Below are positions 32,551 through 42,069 of a DNA stretch of 45,121 bases, in pieces. Source of the stretch: Candidatus Woesearchaeota archaeon (GTDB lineage: Archaea > Nanobdellota > Nanobdellia > Woesearchaeales > SKGA01); NCBI GenBank assembly GCA_007117735.1, contig SKGA01000030.1:1-45121 (forward strand), in the 5' to 3' direction. Within the stretch, counting starts at the first letter, position 1. The number at the start of each line of letters is the position of its first letter. A program made the position numbers and the translations under genes. A model generated the notes under the pieces. The model made no database searches, was not told the DNA's origin, and saw nothing but the letters and a program-made list of their open reading frames with translations.

Positions 32551-34131
32551 TTATTTTTCCTTTTTTTCTCCTTTTTGAGACTTTTTAGAAGATTTTTTTC
32601 TTGGTTTTTTTCGTGAAGCAAGTTGAGATTTTCGCTTGGCATACATCGCAGGATTCTTAATTCGAGAACAAAAACCATCAGGTTTGCACACTAACAAAGA
32701 AGTATAATAATCATGATTATCACAATTAGGCGGCGGCATAGGCTTCTTTCCTTTTTTTAGTTGAGCAAGCTGGCCCTTCAAATACTGCTCTTTAAGAGGC
32801 TCAGGATTACGTTCATTCCACTCATAGATAAACGATTCAATCGCAGGATAGGTCCATCCACTCACCGATAAGAAATTTAACAAGACAAATAACGCTCGTT
32901 TCTTCCCATCATCCAGCCCTTTGAGAATTAACTGCATGCAAGGAGGAAAATACTGCTCTTCAATAGCATGCTCAGGAAGCTCAACTTCTTTTAACTCGTG
33001 AGAAGCAGAACGATCATCAAGATAAATATGACCTGCCTTGGCAAGATCGCCACCCAATACTTCTTGTAATAAAAACTCTGTTTCCTGGGCGGATGCATGA
33101 GAACGATCTAAAAACGAAGAAGAAACAACAGCAGAAAAAGGTTTTGCTCGGTCTTTATCAAAGGTTAAGACCTCATCAAGACCGATAGGAAGAGAAATTA
33201 AGCCAGATTTTTCGTGAAGAGAATACGGCATGCGATATAAATGACGACTCGCAAGCAAGACCGTATCAATTTCTATTACTGCCAATAAATTAAGAAAAGA
33301 ACGAGGAGGTTTTTTACTTCCACAAAACGAACAAGAAGGAGAAGAAGTTTTTACCTGTACAGGATGAGTGCATTTTTCACAACGAATATACTCAGGATTA
33401 CCTTGGGGACGAGACTGATGACCACAATTATCGCACTCATAGACTTTCTTTTGAGCAAAAGGTTGTTTATACTCTTTAGCACAATCAACGCACTGACGAG
33501 CAAATAACGTCTTACCAGATTTTTTTGCAACCTTCTCAAGATCTTGATGAGAGAATACCTTATCAAGAATAGAAATAGTTGTATCTGCTATTTTAACGTA
33601 ATGAGAAGTGATATAGCTAAGGAGATAGAGAGCGATACGTTTTGGAAGCTCAGGAAAAAGAGTTCTTGTTTCTTTCATACTCCCATCAAAAAAGATTTTT
33701 TCAGGAAACGCTTGGAAAGGAACGCCAATATGAAAACCTTTATTCCCAGAAAATTTTACAGAAACACTTTTTACCTGATGATCCTCTAAGGCTTTAATGA
33801 AAAGATGAGTAATGAGTTTAGAAACCTCCCAATCAGGACAATCAACATCAAGTAACAAATCCCAACCTTTACGTAACTCATCAAGCTCGTGACGCTTCAT
33901 ACCAGAAGCAATAGAAAGAGGATTATGCCACAACTCCTCAGAACAATGAAAAGAAGAAGCCTTCTTTTTTGCAAATTCAAAAACATCTTGTTCATAGGAA
34001 AGAACATCAGGACGTTTTGAAAAATGAGACTTGTTAAAAATAACACTAATCTCTTTATCCTGAGCTTGGGCAACAATTTCTTTTCTCACATCAAGCCGTT
34101 TGTAATAAGAAAGAGAGGTTGCAATAAACAT
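32551..34131 (-). CDS. Fused DNA primase: PriS catalytic domain + zinc ribbons + PriL Fe-S C-terminal domain, K-rich tail
   Basis: PriS motifs: LLLDVDCPD (DxD), FSGNKGFHIGV, and EIDTVLLASRHLYRMPYSLHEKSG. There are four CxxC pairs (CVDC, CDNC, CEKC, CSFC). The C-terminus FPPCMQLILKGL...RALFVLLNFL...PPPNCDNHDYYTSLLVCKPDGFCSRIKNP matches the PriL 4-Cys cluster domain. The start is uncertain: the tracked ORF starts at a TTG (34152) and the first ATG is at 34131. Confidence 0.8.
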   Translation of the reverse strand: MFIATSLSYYKRLDVRKEIVAQAQDKEISVIFNKSHFSKRPDVLSYEQDVFEFAKKKASSFHCSEELWHNPLSIASGMKRHELDELRKGWDLLLDVDCPDWEVSKLITHLFIKALEDHQVKSVSVKFSGNKGFHIGVPFQAFPEKIFFDGSMKETRTLFPELPKRIALYLLSYITSHYVKIADTTISILDKVFSHQDLEKVAKKSGKTLFARQCVDCAKEYKQPFAQKKVYECDNCGHQSRPQGNPEYIRCEKCTHPVQVKTSSPSCSFCGSKKPPRSFLNLLAVIEIDTVLLASRHLYRMPYSLHEKSGLISLPIGLDEVLTFDKDRAKPFSAVVSSSFLDRSHASAQETEFLLQEVLGGDLAKAGHIYLDDRSASHELKEVELPEHAIEEQYFPPCMQLILKGLDDGKKRALFVLLNFLSVSGWTYPAIESFIYEWNERNPEPLKEQYLKGQLAQLKKGKKPMPPPNCDNHDYYTSLLVCKPDGFCSRIKNPAMYAKRKSQLASRKKPRKKSSKKSQKGEKKEK

Positions 34132-34170
34132 AACCAACACAAATACTTGCAAGAATAAAAAGCTACCGGA

Positions 34171-36402
34171 TTAGAGCGAGCTATGTTTCTTCAACTCTTT
34201 ATAAGATAAGTCTCGAAGACGAACAATCTCCTCAGCTTTTTTCTTACCAATATTTGGAACTTGTTGTAAGTCTTTAACAGAGGCTTTGAAAAAAGAAGCC
34301 AAGGAATCAAAATGATCAAGAATAGATTTTGCAACAACACCACCAATTTGAGGAAAACTACTTGCGATATACTCAAGCAACTCTTTATCAGAAAAAGGTT
34401 TTGCAGCATGAAAAGAAAAAGAGGAAGAAGATTCTTGCTGGGAACGCTTTGCAAGCGTGTAGAGTAATTGAGCAGATTGAAGAGGAGAAAAAGAATACAA
34501 AATAGGAATTTTATAAGAAAGAGCAATAGTGGCAAACATGCCTTGAATAGCATTTTGATCAACACGACGAGAAGAAGACTGGTTATGATCTTGATACTCA
34601 ACAAGAAGAATAGGATGAGAATATTTTGCTAATTGATGAATTTGAGCAAGTAAACGACCATCAGTAATGGAGTCAACAAAGTCTTCATACCGTTTATACT
34701 CAACACACACATCCTTACTCACAACGTAATCACCAATTTGTAAATGTTCAAGACGAAGAGAAACGCCATGATTACGTAACGCCTTCATCACAGGAGAACC
34801 TTTCTCTCGATAATCAACAACAATAGATAGTTCTTCTTGAGAAGATTCTTTTTCAGAAGTAAAGGATTGAAGAGATTTTTGAGGAGAAGAAAACTCCACC
34901 GTAGGAGATTGTTGTAAATCACGAAGGACTTGATACATTCTTTTTTCCTTATGGTGAGCAACCCAACGAAACGCCTCATCACGAGTATTTTTTGTTACAC
35001 ACACAGCAACCATACCTTTCGTATGACGACCAGTTCGACCACGACGTTGAACGGTACGAATAGCACTAGGAACAGGCTCGTAAAAAATGACTTGCTCTAC
35101 ACTAGGAATATCTAAACCCTCCTCAGCAACACTCGTTGCAATAAGACAGGTAAACTCTCCTTGACGAAACTGATCAAGGACCTCTTTTTGTTTCTTTTGA
35201 GAAAAACCAACACCATTCTTTTTTGCCTGACCAAAAAACAAGGAAGAAGAAATATTTTTTTGATCAAGAAGTTTTTTAATAGAACCAGCAGAATCTCGAA
35301 ACTGAGAAAAAATAATAATTTTTGCATCTTTATTTTTTTGAAGAATACCTTGAACTTGTTCAAAAACAGCAGCGAGTTTAGGATGTTCAACACCTTTTTC
35401 AAGCAAGTCTTTAGCCATTGCAAAAGATTGTAAAAAATCAGGATCAGAAGCAATATTCTTCACCGCTTTTACTGAAGAAGAACGAGACTGTTGAAACAAA
35501 GAAGTCGCATACATAAAAAACGCTTGCAAACTCTGCGTCTGCACTAACTCCAGAGCATGTTGTAATTTTAAAGCTTGAGCAAGAACACTCATCCCCATCA
35601 ATAATTCAGGAGAACGCTCTTCTTGAATTCTTCGTTGTAATGTTCCTTGAAGTGCAAGTAGTTGTGTTTTTGATAAAGACGTATCGGAGAAAACAATCTC
35701 TTTTTCTTTAAGCTGAGCAATACGATTCAAATACGCTTTTTCTAAAGACTTTGAAATAAATTGAATAGAGGAAGGAAGCTGAACAGAAAGCCATTGAATC
35801 TCTGTATCTTGAACATACTCCTTAACATCAGGATCAGAAGATTTTCTAAACTCAATTTTTTCAATAGTAAGATTATTCATTACTTCAAGGATAGCAGTTT
35901 TATCTGTTCCAGGAGAAGCGGTAAGCGCAAGAATTCTCTGATGAGCAGATTGTTTGACATACTCTTTTGCTAAAAAAACATACGCGTACTCCCCTGTCGC
36001 CCGATGAGCCTCATCAAAAACAAGTAAGGAAACATCCTCAAGAGAAATTCGTTGACTGAGAACATCATTCTCAATCGTCTGAGGAGTTGAAAAAATAAAA
36101 CGAGCCTCATCCCATAACTCAGCTCTTTTTTTAGGAGGAACGGTTCCTGTGAAGAGTGCAAAAGAAGAATCAGATAATAAAAAATGTTTTTTGAACGTCT
36201 CAAGTTGTTGCTGAACTAATGGTTTTGTTGGAGCAAGAAATAAAATTTTGCTTGAAGGATACAACATTGCTCGTCTTGCAGCAAGTAACATGGAAATCGC
36301 TGTTTTTCCTAAACCTGTTGGAAGGACAACTAAAGTGTTTTGAGCAGATGCGCTATTGAACAATACTGCTTGATACGGACGAGGAGTGAGGTTTGTGAGC
36401 AT
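34171..36402 (-). CDS. hef: Hef: SF2 helicase fused to XPF/ERCC4-type nuclease and (HhH)2
   Basis: Helicase motifs VLPTGLGKT, FDEAH, ATSVAEEGLDIP and QRRGRTGR. Nuclease block VVDYREKGS...IGDYVVSKDVCVEYKRYEDFVDSITDGRL. C-terminal HhH VPNIGKKKAEEI. The ATG at 36402 lies 31 nt downstream of a TATA box. Confidence 0.9.
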   Translation of the reverse strand: MLTNLTPRPYQAVLFNSASAQNTLVVLPTGLGKTAISMLLAARRAMLYPSSKILFLAPTKPLVQQQLETFKKHFLLSDSSFALFTGTVPPKKRAELWDEARFIFSTPQTIENDVLSQRISLEDVSLLVFDEAHRATGEYAYVFLAKEYVKQSAHQRILALTASPGTDKTAILEVMNNLTIEKIEFRKSSDPDVKEYVQDTEIQWLSVQLPSSIQFISKSLEKAYLNRIAQLKEKEIVFSDTSLSKTQLLALQGTLQRRIQEERSPELLMGMSVLAQALKLQHALELVQTQSLQAFFMYATSLFQQSRSSSVKAVKNIASDPDFLQSFAMAKDLLEKGVEHPKLAAVFEQVQGILQKNKDAKIIIFSQFRDSAGSIKKLLDQKNISSSLFFGQAKKNGVGFSQKKQKEVLDQFRQGEFTCLIATSVAEEGLDIPSVEQVIFYEPVPSAIRTVQRRGRTGRHTKGMVAVCVTKNTRDEAFRWVAHHKEKRMYQVLRDLQQSPTVEFSSPQKSLQSFTSEKESSQEELSIVVDYREKGSPVMKALRNHGVSLRLEHLQIGDYVVSKDVCVEYKRYEDFVDSITDGRLLAQIHQLAKYSHPILLVEYQDHNQSSSRRVDQNAIQGMFATIALSYKIPILYSFSPLQSAQLLYTLAKRSQQESSSSFSFHAAKPFSDKELLEYIASSFPQIGGVVAKSILDHFDSLASFFKASVKDLQQVPNIGKKKAEEIVRLRDLSYKELKKHSSL

Positions 36403-36427
36403 AGTATTGAAAGATAAGCACAATCTC

Positions 36428-36437
36428 TTTTATAAAG
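36428..36437 (-). promoter_or_regulatory. TATA-like box (TTTTATAAAG, near-palindromic) for hef, leaderless
   Basis: Centred 31 nt upstream of the hef ATG at 36402. A second TATA-like element, GTATATAAAT at 36471-36480, faces the DP2 gene. Confidence 0.4.
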
Positions 36438-36516
36438 ATAGGGCTTGGCTGTCCAGTGAACTCTCGTTAAGTATATAAATTCAGAAAGAATTGAAAAAGT
36501 ACTTTCCACGATCTGG

Positions 36517-39500
36517 ATGAAGACAATGACAAGAAATATTGCCTGTAGTGAGGCTATCACTCAATACTTTGACTATCTTGAAGATAAAACTCAAGAAGCA
36601 TTCTCTCTAGCTCAACAAGCACGAAAGCAAGGATTTGATCCTGCTAGTGAAGTAGAAATCAAACTTGCAAAAAACATGGCAGAGCGAGTAGTAGGAATTA
36701 TTGCAGTCCTTGCGCCACAAATTGTAGGAAGTGGAGTTGTTGAGCGAATTATCGAATTAGAAAAAGAATACGGATCACAAGATTGGAGAGTAGCATTTAC
36801 TATCGCTCTTGAAATTGCAAAACAACAATACTGTTCCTTTGAAACAGATCTTGAAGCGATAGAAATAGGAGTTCGAACAGGGTTTGCTTACGTGACGGTA
36901 GGTGTTGTTTCTTCACCGCTTGAAGGACTCACTAGTATTGAAATTAGACCTCGAAGAGATAAGCAAGGAGAATATTTTAAACTCAATTATGCAGGACCTA
37001 TTCGAAACGCAGGAGGGACTGCAGCAGCAACAAGTGTTCTTATTGCAGATTATGTGCGAAAACATTTAGGGTATGCAAAATACGATCCTGATGAAAAAGA
37101 AATCAAACGATGTCACGCAGAACTTGAAGACTATCATCAATACGTTGCAAACCTCCAATATTATCCTTACAAAGAAGAAAGTGAATTCTTAATGAAAAAC
37201 ATCCCTGTAGAAATTTCAGGAGATGCTTCAGAAAAACGAGAACTATCAAATGCAGCACTAAAAGATTTACCACGAGTAGAGACAAATAATCTACGAAGTG
37301 GATACTGTCTTATTCACTCCTCCTGTATTCCACTTAAAGCACCAAAATTATGGAAAAAACTTGGAAGTTGGGGAAAGGAATTTGGGATGGAAGATTGGGA
37401 TTTTCTTGAACAACATATTACGTTACAAAAAGAATTAAAATCAAAAAGTTCACAAAAAAAAGAACAAGAAAGTGAACAAAAAGTGAAACCAGATGGCGTT
37501 TTTGTACAAGATATTGTAGGAGGGCGACCTGTACTTGGACATCCGATGAGAAGTGGAGGGTTTCGACTACGATACGGACGAGGAAGAGCAAGCGGATACT
37601 CAGGACAAAGCATTCATCCCGCAACCATGCATATTCTTGAAGAATATATTGCAACAGGAACACAACTTAAAGTTGAACGACCAGGAAAAGCAGCAGCGTT
37701 CACGCCTTGTGACACTATTCTTGGACCTGTAGTAAAATTAAAAGATGGAAGTGTCTTACAACTGCAAGAAGAAGAACAAGCAAAAGCAGTTGCAAAAGAT
37801 GTGGAAGAAATACTTTACTTAGGAGATGTTCTTATTAATTATGGAGATTTCTTTGATCGGGCACACACCCTCGTACCACCAGGATACTGTGAAGAATATT
37901 GGACGCTACAACTACAAGAAAAAATTAAAGAAGGAAAAGAGCCAAGTATTGATAAAGAAAAATTACAAGAATTACTTGAGCAACCATTACAAACTAACCT
38001 TGATTATTTAACAGCAAAAACGATCAGTCAACAAACAGAAATACCACTCTATCCAAAACATATCTTTTTTTACAAGGAAATAACAAAAGAAGAACTTCTC
38101 ACTCTTTATCGAGAAGTGACACGAGTAGAATTAGAAGTGCCAAAACTCTTTTTTAACAAGGAAGCAAAACGAACATTAGAACTGTTAGGGGTAGAACACA
38201 CTATCGAAAACAATCTTCTTTGTGTGAAAGGAGATAGGGCTCTTGCACTTAGTGACACCTTAGGAATACACTCTCAGTTAGATGCACAAAGCCAAGAGAA
38301 AAAATTCAAAGAACAAGAAGAGGAAGATGTTCTTACTCTTATTAATAATATTTCTCCATTTGAGATTAAAGATAAATCAGGAATCTTTATTGGAAGTCGA
38401 ATGGGTCGTCCTGAAAAAGCAAAAATGAGAAAACTCACTGGATCACCACACGGACTATTCCCTGTAGGAGAAGACGGTGGACGACTTAGAAGTTTTCAAA
38501 GCGCACTACAAAAGAAAAAAGTAACAAGCACGTTTCCTGTTTTCCATTGTCCTAATTGTAAAAATGTTACTCCATTTAGTATCTGTGAAATGTGTGAAAC
38601 AAAAACAGCACGACAAAAAATAGAATTAGGAACAAAAGAAGAGTACGATCCAAAAAAGGCAAAAGAATTTCCAGAGAAAAAATTCCTTGATTACAAAGAA
38701 TGGTCCGTTCCTATTGTTGATTTATTTCAATACTGTTTGAAAAAAATGAATACAAGAATTTATCCAGACCTTATCAAAGGAGTGAGAGGAACAGTAGGTG
38801 TTGATCATACCCCTGAACACCTCATAAAAGCAATTCTTCGAGCAAAACACGGCGTTCATGTAAACAAAGATGGAACGGTACGATACGATGCTTCAGAAAT
38901 TACCCTTACTCATTTTAAACCAAAAGAAATAGGAACAAGTATTGAGAAATTACGAACATTAGGCTATACTCACGATATTTATAACAAGCCTTTAGAGAAT
39001 GAAGAACAAATTCTTGAATTAAAAGCACAAGACCTCGTACTTCCAGCCTGTGAAGTGAGTTTGGAAGAAGGAAGCGATGCTATTTTATTACGAACCAGCC
39101 AGTTTATCGATGACCTTTTAGAAAATCTTTATCAACTACCTCCTTATTATAATGCAAAAACACCACAAGATCTTGTTGGAGAACTTATTATCGGACTTGC
39201 ACCACACACCTCAGCAGGGAGTGTTGGAAGAATTATAGGATTTTCAAAAACACAAGGAATGTTAGCACACCCACTTTATCACGCGGCGATGCGACGAGAC
39301 TGTGACGGGGATGAGAGTTGTTTCTTTTTACTCTTAGATGGATTTCTTAATTTCTCAAAAAAATATCTCAGTACTAATAGAGGTGGAACGATGGATGCTC
39401 CTTTAGTATTAACGAGTATTCTTAACCCATCAGAAGTTGATGACATGGCCTTTAATGTCGATATTGTCGATCACTATCCACTAGAATTTTATCAAGCAGC

Positions 39501-40047
39501 AGAAGAATATAAAAAACCCTGGGATGTGAAAATAAAAAAAATAAACGAAGTACTATTCACAGCAGAACAATTCGAAGGACATTTATTTACACACGATACG
39601 AATGATATTAACGCAGGAGTACTTTGTTCAGCATATAAAACACTACCTAGTATGGGAGAAAAAATAGAAGGACAAATGAGTCTTGCAAAAAAAATACGAG
39701 CAGTAGAAACAAGCGATGTAGCTCGACTCGTTATTGATAAACATTTCATTAGAGATACGAAAGGGAACCTTCGAAAATTCAGTCTACAAAAATTCAGATG
39801 CGTACATTGTAATGAAAAATATCGACGACCACCACTTATTGGAAAATGTACTGAATGTGGAGGAAAAATAATTTTCACCATCTCAGAAGGAAGCATTATG
39901 AAATACATGCAAATGAGTCTTGACCTCGCAGAAGAATACGGTGTAAGTGAATACTTAAAAGAAAGTCTTTACTTAACTCAAAAAAGAATATTAGATGTTT
40001 TTGGAAAAGACAAAGAAAAACAAACAGGGTTAGGAGACTTTGTTTAA
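36517..40047 (+). CDS. polC: DNA polymerase II (PolD) large subunit DP2
   Basis: 1176 aa. Contains GRPEKAKMR, RRDCDGDESCFFLLLD (catalytic double-psi barrel acidic motif), and zinc modules CPNCKN..CEMCE and CVHCNEKY..CTECGGK. The length leaves no room for an intein. Confidence 0.95.
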   Translation: MKTMTRNIACSEAITQYFDYLEDKTQEAFSLAQQARKQGFDPASEVEIKLAKNMAERVVGIIAVLAPQIVGSGVVERIIELEKEYGSQDWRVAFTIALEIAKQQYCSFETDLEAIEIGVRTGFAYVTVGVVSSPLEGLTSIEIRPRRDKQGEYFKLNYAGPIRNAGGTAAATSVLIADYVRKHLGYAKYDPDEKEIKRCHAELEDYHQYVANLQYYPYKEESEFLMKNIPVEISGDASEKRELSNAALKDLPRVETNNLRSGYCLIHSSCIPLKAPKLWKKLGSWGKEFGMEDWDFLEQHITLQKELKSKSSQKKEQESEQKVKPDGVFVQDIVGGRPVLGHPMRSGGFRLRYGRGRASGYSGQSIHPATMHILEEYIATGTQLKVERPGKAAAFTPCDTILGPVVKLKDGSVLQLQEEEQAKAVAKDVEEILYLGDVLINYGDFFDRAHTLVPPGYCEEYWTLQLQEKIKEGKEPSIDKEKLQELLEQPLQTNLDYLTAKTISQQTEIPLYPKHIFFYKEITKEELLTLYREVTRVELEVPKLFFNKEAKRTLELLGVEHTIENNLLCVKGDRALALSDTLGIHSQLDAQSQEKKFKEQEEEDVLTLINNISPFEIKDKSGIFIGSRMGRPEKAKMRKLTGSPHGLFPVGEDGGRLRSFQSALQKKKVTSTFPVFHCPNCKNVTPFSICEMCETKTARQKIELGTKEEYDPKKAKEFPEKKFLDYKEWSVPIVDLFQYCLKKMNTRIYPDLIKGVRGTVGVDHTPEHLIKAILRAKHGVHVNKDGTVRYDASEITLTHFKPKEIGTSIEKLRTLGYTHDIYNKPLENEEQILELKAQDLVLPACEVSLEEGSDAILLRTSQFIDDLLENLYQLPPYYNAKTPQDLVGELIIGLAPHTSAGSVGRIIGFSKTQGMLAHPLYHAAMRRDCDGDESCFFLLLDGFLNFSKKYLSTNRGGTMDAPLVLTSILNPSEVDDMAFNVDIVDHYPLEFYQAAEEYKKPWDVKIKKINEVLFTAEQFEGHLFTHDTNDINAGVLCSAYKTLPSMGEKIEGQMSLAKKIRAVETSDVARLVIDKHFIRDTKGNLRKFSLQKFRCVHCNEKYRRPPLIGKCTECGGKIIFTISEGSIMKYMQMSLDLAEEYGVSEYLKESLYLTQKRILDVFGKDKEKQTGLGDFV

Positions 40048-40098
40048 GACCTGCAAAACATAAACGTTTAAAAAGAAAGAGATATTTTACTTCTACCT

Positions 40099-40506
40099 AT
40101 GGATTATAAAGAATTACTTTTACGAGGAAGAAATCAACTACCTGAAGAGCAAACAAAAAGCCAACGATTTGAAATTCCAAAAGTAAAAGGACATGTACAA
40201 GGGAATAAAACAATTATCTCAAATTTAGGAGAAATTGCAAAAACACTTGAACGAAAATTAGAACTTCTTGTAAAATTTATAGAAAAACAACTTGCAGCCA
40301 AAGCAATTATTGAAAAAAACTTCGTTATTTTTAATGCAAAGCTTTCAGCAGGAAAAATTAATATTAGAATCCAACAATTTGCAGATCAATTTGTTATTTG
40401 TAAAGAATGTGGAAAACCAGATACTTCTTTAAGTAAAGACACAGGAGTCTTTTTCCTTAAATGTTCAGCATGTGGTGCAAAATACAGCCTGAACACAAAA
40501 ATCTAG
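40099..40506 (+). CDS. eif2b: Translation initiation factor aIF2 subunit beta
   Basis: Contains RFEIPKVKGHVQGNKTIISNLGEIAKTLER and the C-terminal zinc ribbon CKECGKPDT...CSACGA. Confidence 0.9.
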   Translation: MDYKELLLRGRNQLPEEQTKSQRFEIPKVKGHVQGNKTIISNLGEIAKTLERKLELLVKFIEKQLAAKAIIEKNFVIFNAKLSAGKINIRIQQFADQFVICKECGKPDTSLSKDTGVFFLKCSACGAKYSLNTKI

Positions 40507-40545
40507 TGGAAACATATTTAAACTTCATCTGCTCAAAAAGAAGTA

Positions 40546-41274
40546 ATGAAGCTAAGAAAAAAAATTGATCGATACTTAGATTTTACTTCACAAGAAAAAA
40601 TCGATTATGCGATTACAGCAATTGTCTTTGCAAGTGTATTTTTCTTTTTTCTCTGGAGAGTTACTCCTCTCACGTATTTTCTCGCATTTCAACTCTATCT
40701 TAGTCTTTTAGTTGCAAGCTTTATTGTTGTTGGATTATTTGTCTTTCTAAGCAAAAGTATAGCTATTTATTATGATTATACTGCCACGTATGAACGATGG
40801 ACAACAGGATTGCTCATAGGATTTTTTATTACTTTTCTGAGTTATGGATTTGTTCCTGTAAGTTTTGCAGGAAGTATTGATATGAAACGAATACCTTCCC
40901 TAGGACATGGGAAAATATTCTCAGGAGAAAATAAGAGTGAACTCTTTAATACAAAACTTCTTGTTCTCGCAACACTTACCTTCTTTGGTATAGCGATGCA
41001 AATTATTCATAGCATTATAGGAATGTCTTTTTTTGCTTATCTAACACAAATAACAGGACTGGTAGTTTTTCTAAGTATCTTACCACTTGGAAAAACATTT
41101 GGAATTATTCTTTTCCATACGAAAAAACAAAGCTATTTCTTATACGGAAGCATTCTTCTTGCAATAAGTGCTCTTCTTATCGTGAATAATATGTATGCAG
41201 TGTATATTGGACTTCCTGTTGGTCTTGTTCTTGGGTTTATTGTGCAAAGATTATTTGCAAAAATGACTCGTTAG
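40546..41274 (+). CDS. Hypothetical polytopic membrane protein (242 aa)
   Basis: About 7 hydrophobic helices. No catalytic motif recognised. Confidence 0.5.
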   Translation: MKLRKKIDRYLDFTSQEKIDYAITAIVFASVFFFFLWRVTPLTYFLAFQLYLSLLVASFIVVGLFVFLSKSIAIYYDYTATYERWTTGLLIGFFITFLSYGFVPVSFAGSIDMKRIPSLGHGKIFSGENKSELFNTKLLVLATLTFFGIAMQIIHSIIGMSFFAYLTQITGLVVFLSILPLGKTFGIILFHTKKQSYFLYGSILLAISALLIVNNMYAVYIGLPVGLVLGFIVQRLFAKMTR

Positions 41275-41283
41275 TGAATTTTG

Positions 41284-41559
41284 CTACACAGAGAAAAAAC
41301 TATACACTCCTTTTGCTGCAAGAACACTTCCAAAAAAGAATGATAAAAAGACCACTGGAAGGAGTAAAGAAAGTAACATATATGATCCTGTGAGAAGATC
41401 AAAGAAACTAAAAACATCACCAAAATAAAGATAACCTTTGATAATAAGATACAGTGAAAGACCAATAAATAAACGAAGAGGAGAAAAATCCACTAATGAT
41501 AAGAATAAGAGTGCCGCAGCAAAGATATCTAAAAGACTATACAATTTTACGATAAACAT
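41284..41559 (-). CDS. Hypothetical small membrane protein (91 aa, about 3 TM)
   Basis: Hydrophobic ORF. The overlapping 64-aa ORF in another frame (41271-41465) is less convincing. Confidence 0.4.
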   Translation of the reverse strand: MFIVKLYSLLDIFAAALLFLSLVDFSPLRLFIGLSLYLIIKGYLYFGDVFSFFDLLTGSYMLLSLLLPVVFLSFFFGSVLAAKGVYSFFSV

Positions 41560-41586
41560 GAATTGTAAAGAAAGAAAGAGATATTT

Positions 41587-42069
41587 TTAAACTTTATTGT
41601 AGACTATTTTGTAGAGTTGAATGAAGGAAGTAGGATCGAGAGGAATACCTAGATCACTAATTTTTTGAGCTAAACGTTGTCCAGGACGAGCATCATCAGG
41701 TTCATTAAACTGAAGAAAAGAAGAAAGAAGAGAAGAGTAAATATAACGTTGATTTAATAAAAGAACAACTTGTTTATTTTTTTTAGAAATTTTACCAGAA
41801 CTAAGAGAAAGAGAGATATCCTCTTTTACTAAAAGATTTTTTTGCAAAACAAAACCTGCAGCTTTAAAGAACTCTTGGAGTGTAAAGAAAAGAGCGTCTT
41901 GTTTTGAAGGAGTAGAAGAAAAATCAAGGGAAAGAGAGGAAACAGTACCACAATCATAAATTCTTCCCAAATATTTTTTAGAAACTTGTTTTACTTTACC
42001 ATCCACCCAAGAATTCTCAACAAGATACGCATACTTGTTACCTTTGATAGTTTTTGCGCGAACAAACAT
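41587..42069 (-). CDS. Hypothetical protein (160 aa) translationally coupled to PolD DP1
   Basis: Its ATG shares one nucleotide with the DP1 stop (TAATG). The N-terminus reads MFVRAKTIKGNKYAYLVENSWVDGKVKQVSKKYLGRIYD. No family recognised. Confidence 0.55.
   Translation of the reverse strand: MFVRAKTIKGNKYAYLVENSWVDGKVKQVSKKYLGRIYDCGTVSSLSLDFSSTPSKQDALFFTLQEFFKAAGFVLQKNLLVKEDISLSLSSGKISKKNKQVVLLLNQRYIYSSLLSSFLQFNEPDDARPGQRLAQKISDLGIPLDPTSFIQLYKIVYNKV

Noticed and set aside
32445-32678. A 77-aa minus-strand ORF overlapping the primase 3' end.
   Set aside because: It is an alternative frame through the lysine-rich tail and the A/T-rich spacer, with a low-complexity K/L/F-rich translation.
36451-36466. 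GTCCAGTGAACTCTCG in the hef/DP2 divergent promoter, which resembles the TCCAGTGGAAA core of archaeal origin recognition boxes.
   Set aside because: It is a single copy with an imperfect match, no partner repeat and no AT-rich unwinding element. The region is fully explained by two divergent TATA boxes.
36517-40047. Possible inteins in PolD DP2, and also in GyrA, the RNR-like fragment and Cdc6, which are common intein hosts in archaea.
   Set aside because: The protein lengths are normal (1176, 822 and 409 aa). The catalytic motifs are contiguous, and no Cys/Ser...HN-Cys/Ser/Thr splice-junction blocks are seen.
41587-42069. orf160 as a remnant of a transposase or integrase, because its N-terminal KxYxYLVE..GKVxQ..YLG pattern recalls the N-termini of some IS-family transposases.
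   Set aside because: There is no catalytic domain, no terminal repeats and no target duplication. It is tightly coupled translationally to DP1. The similarity is too short to support a mobile-element call.
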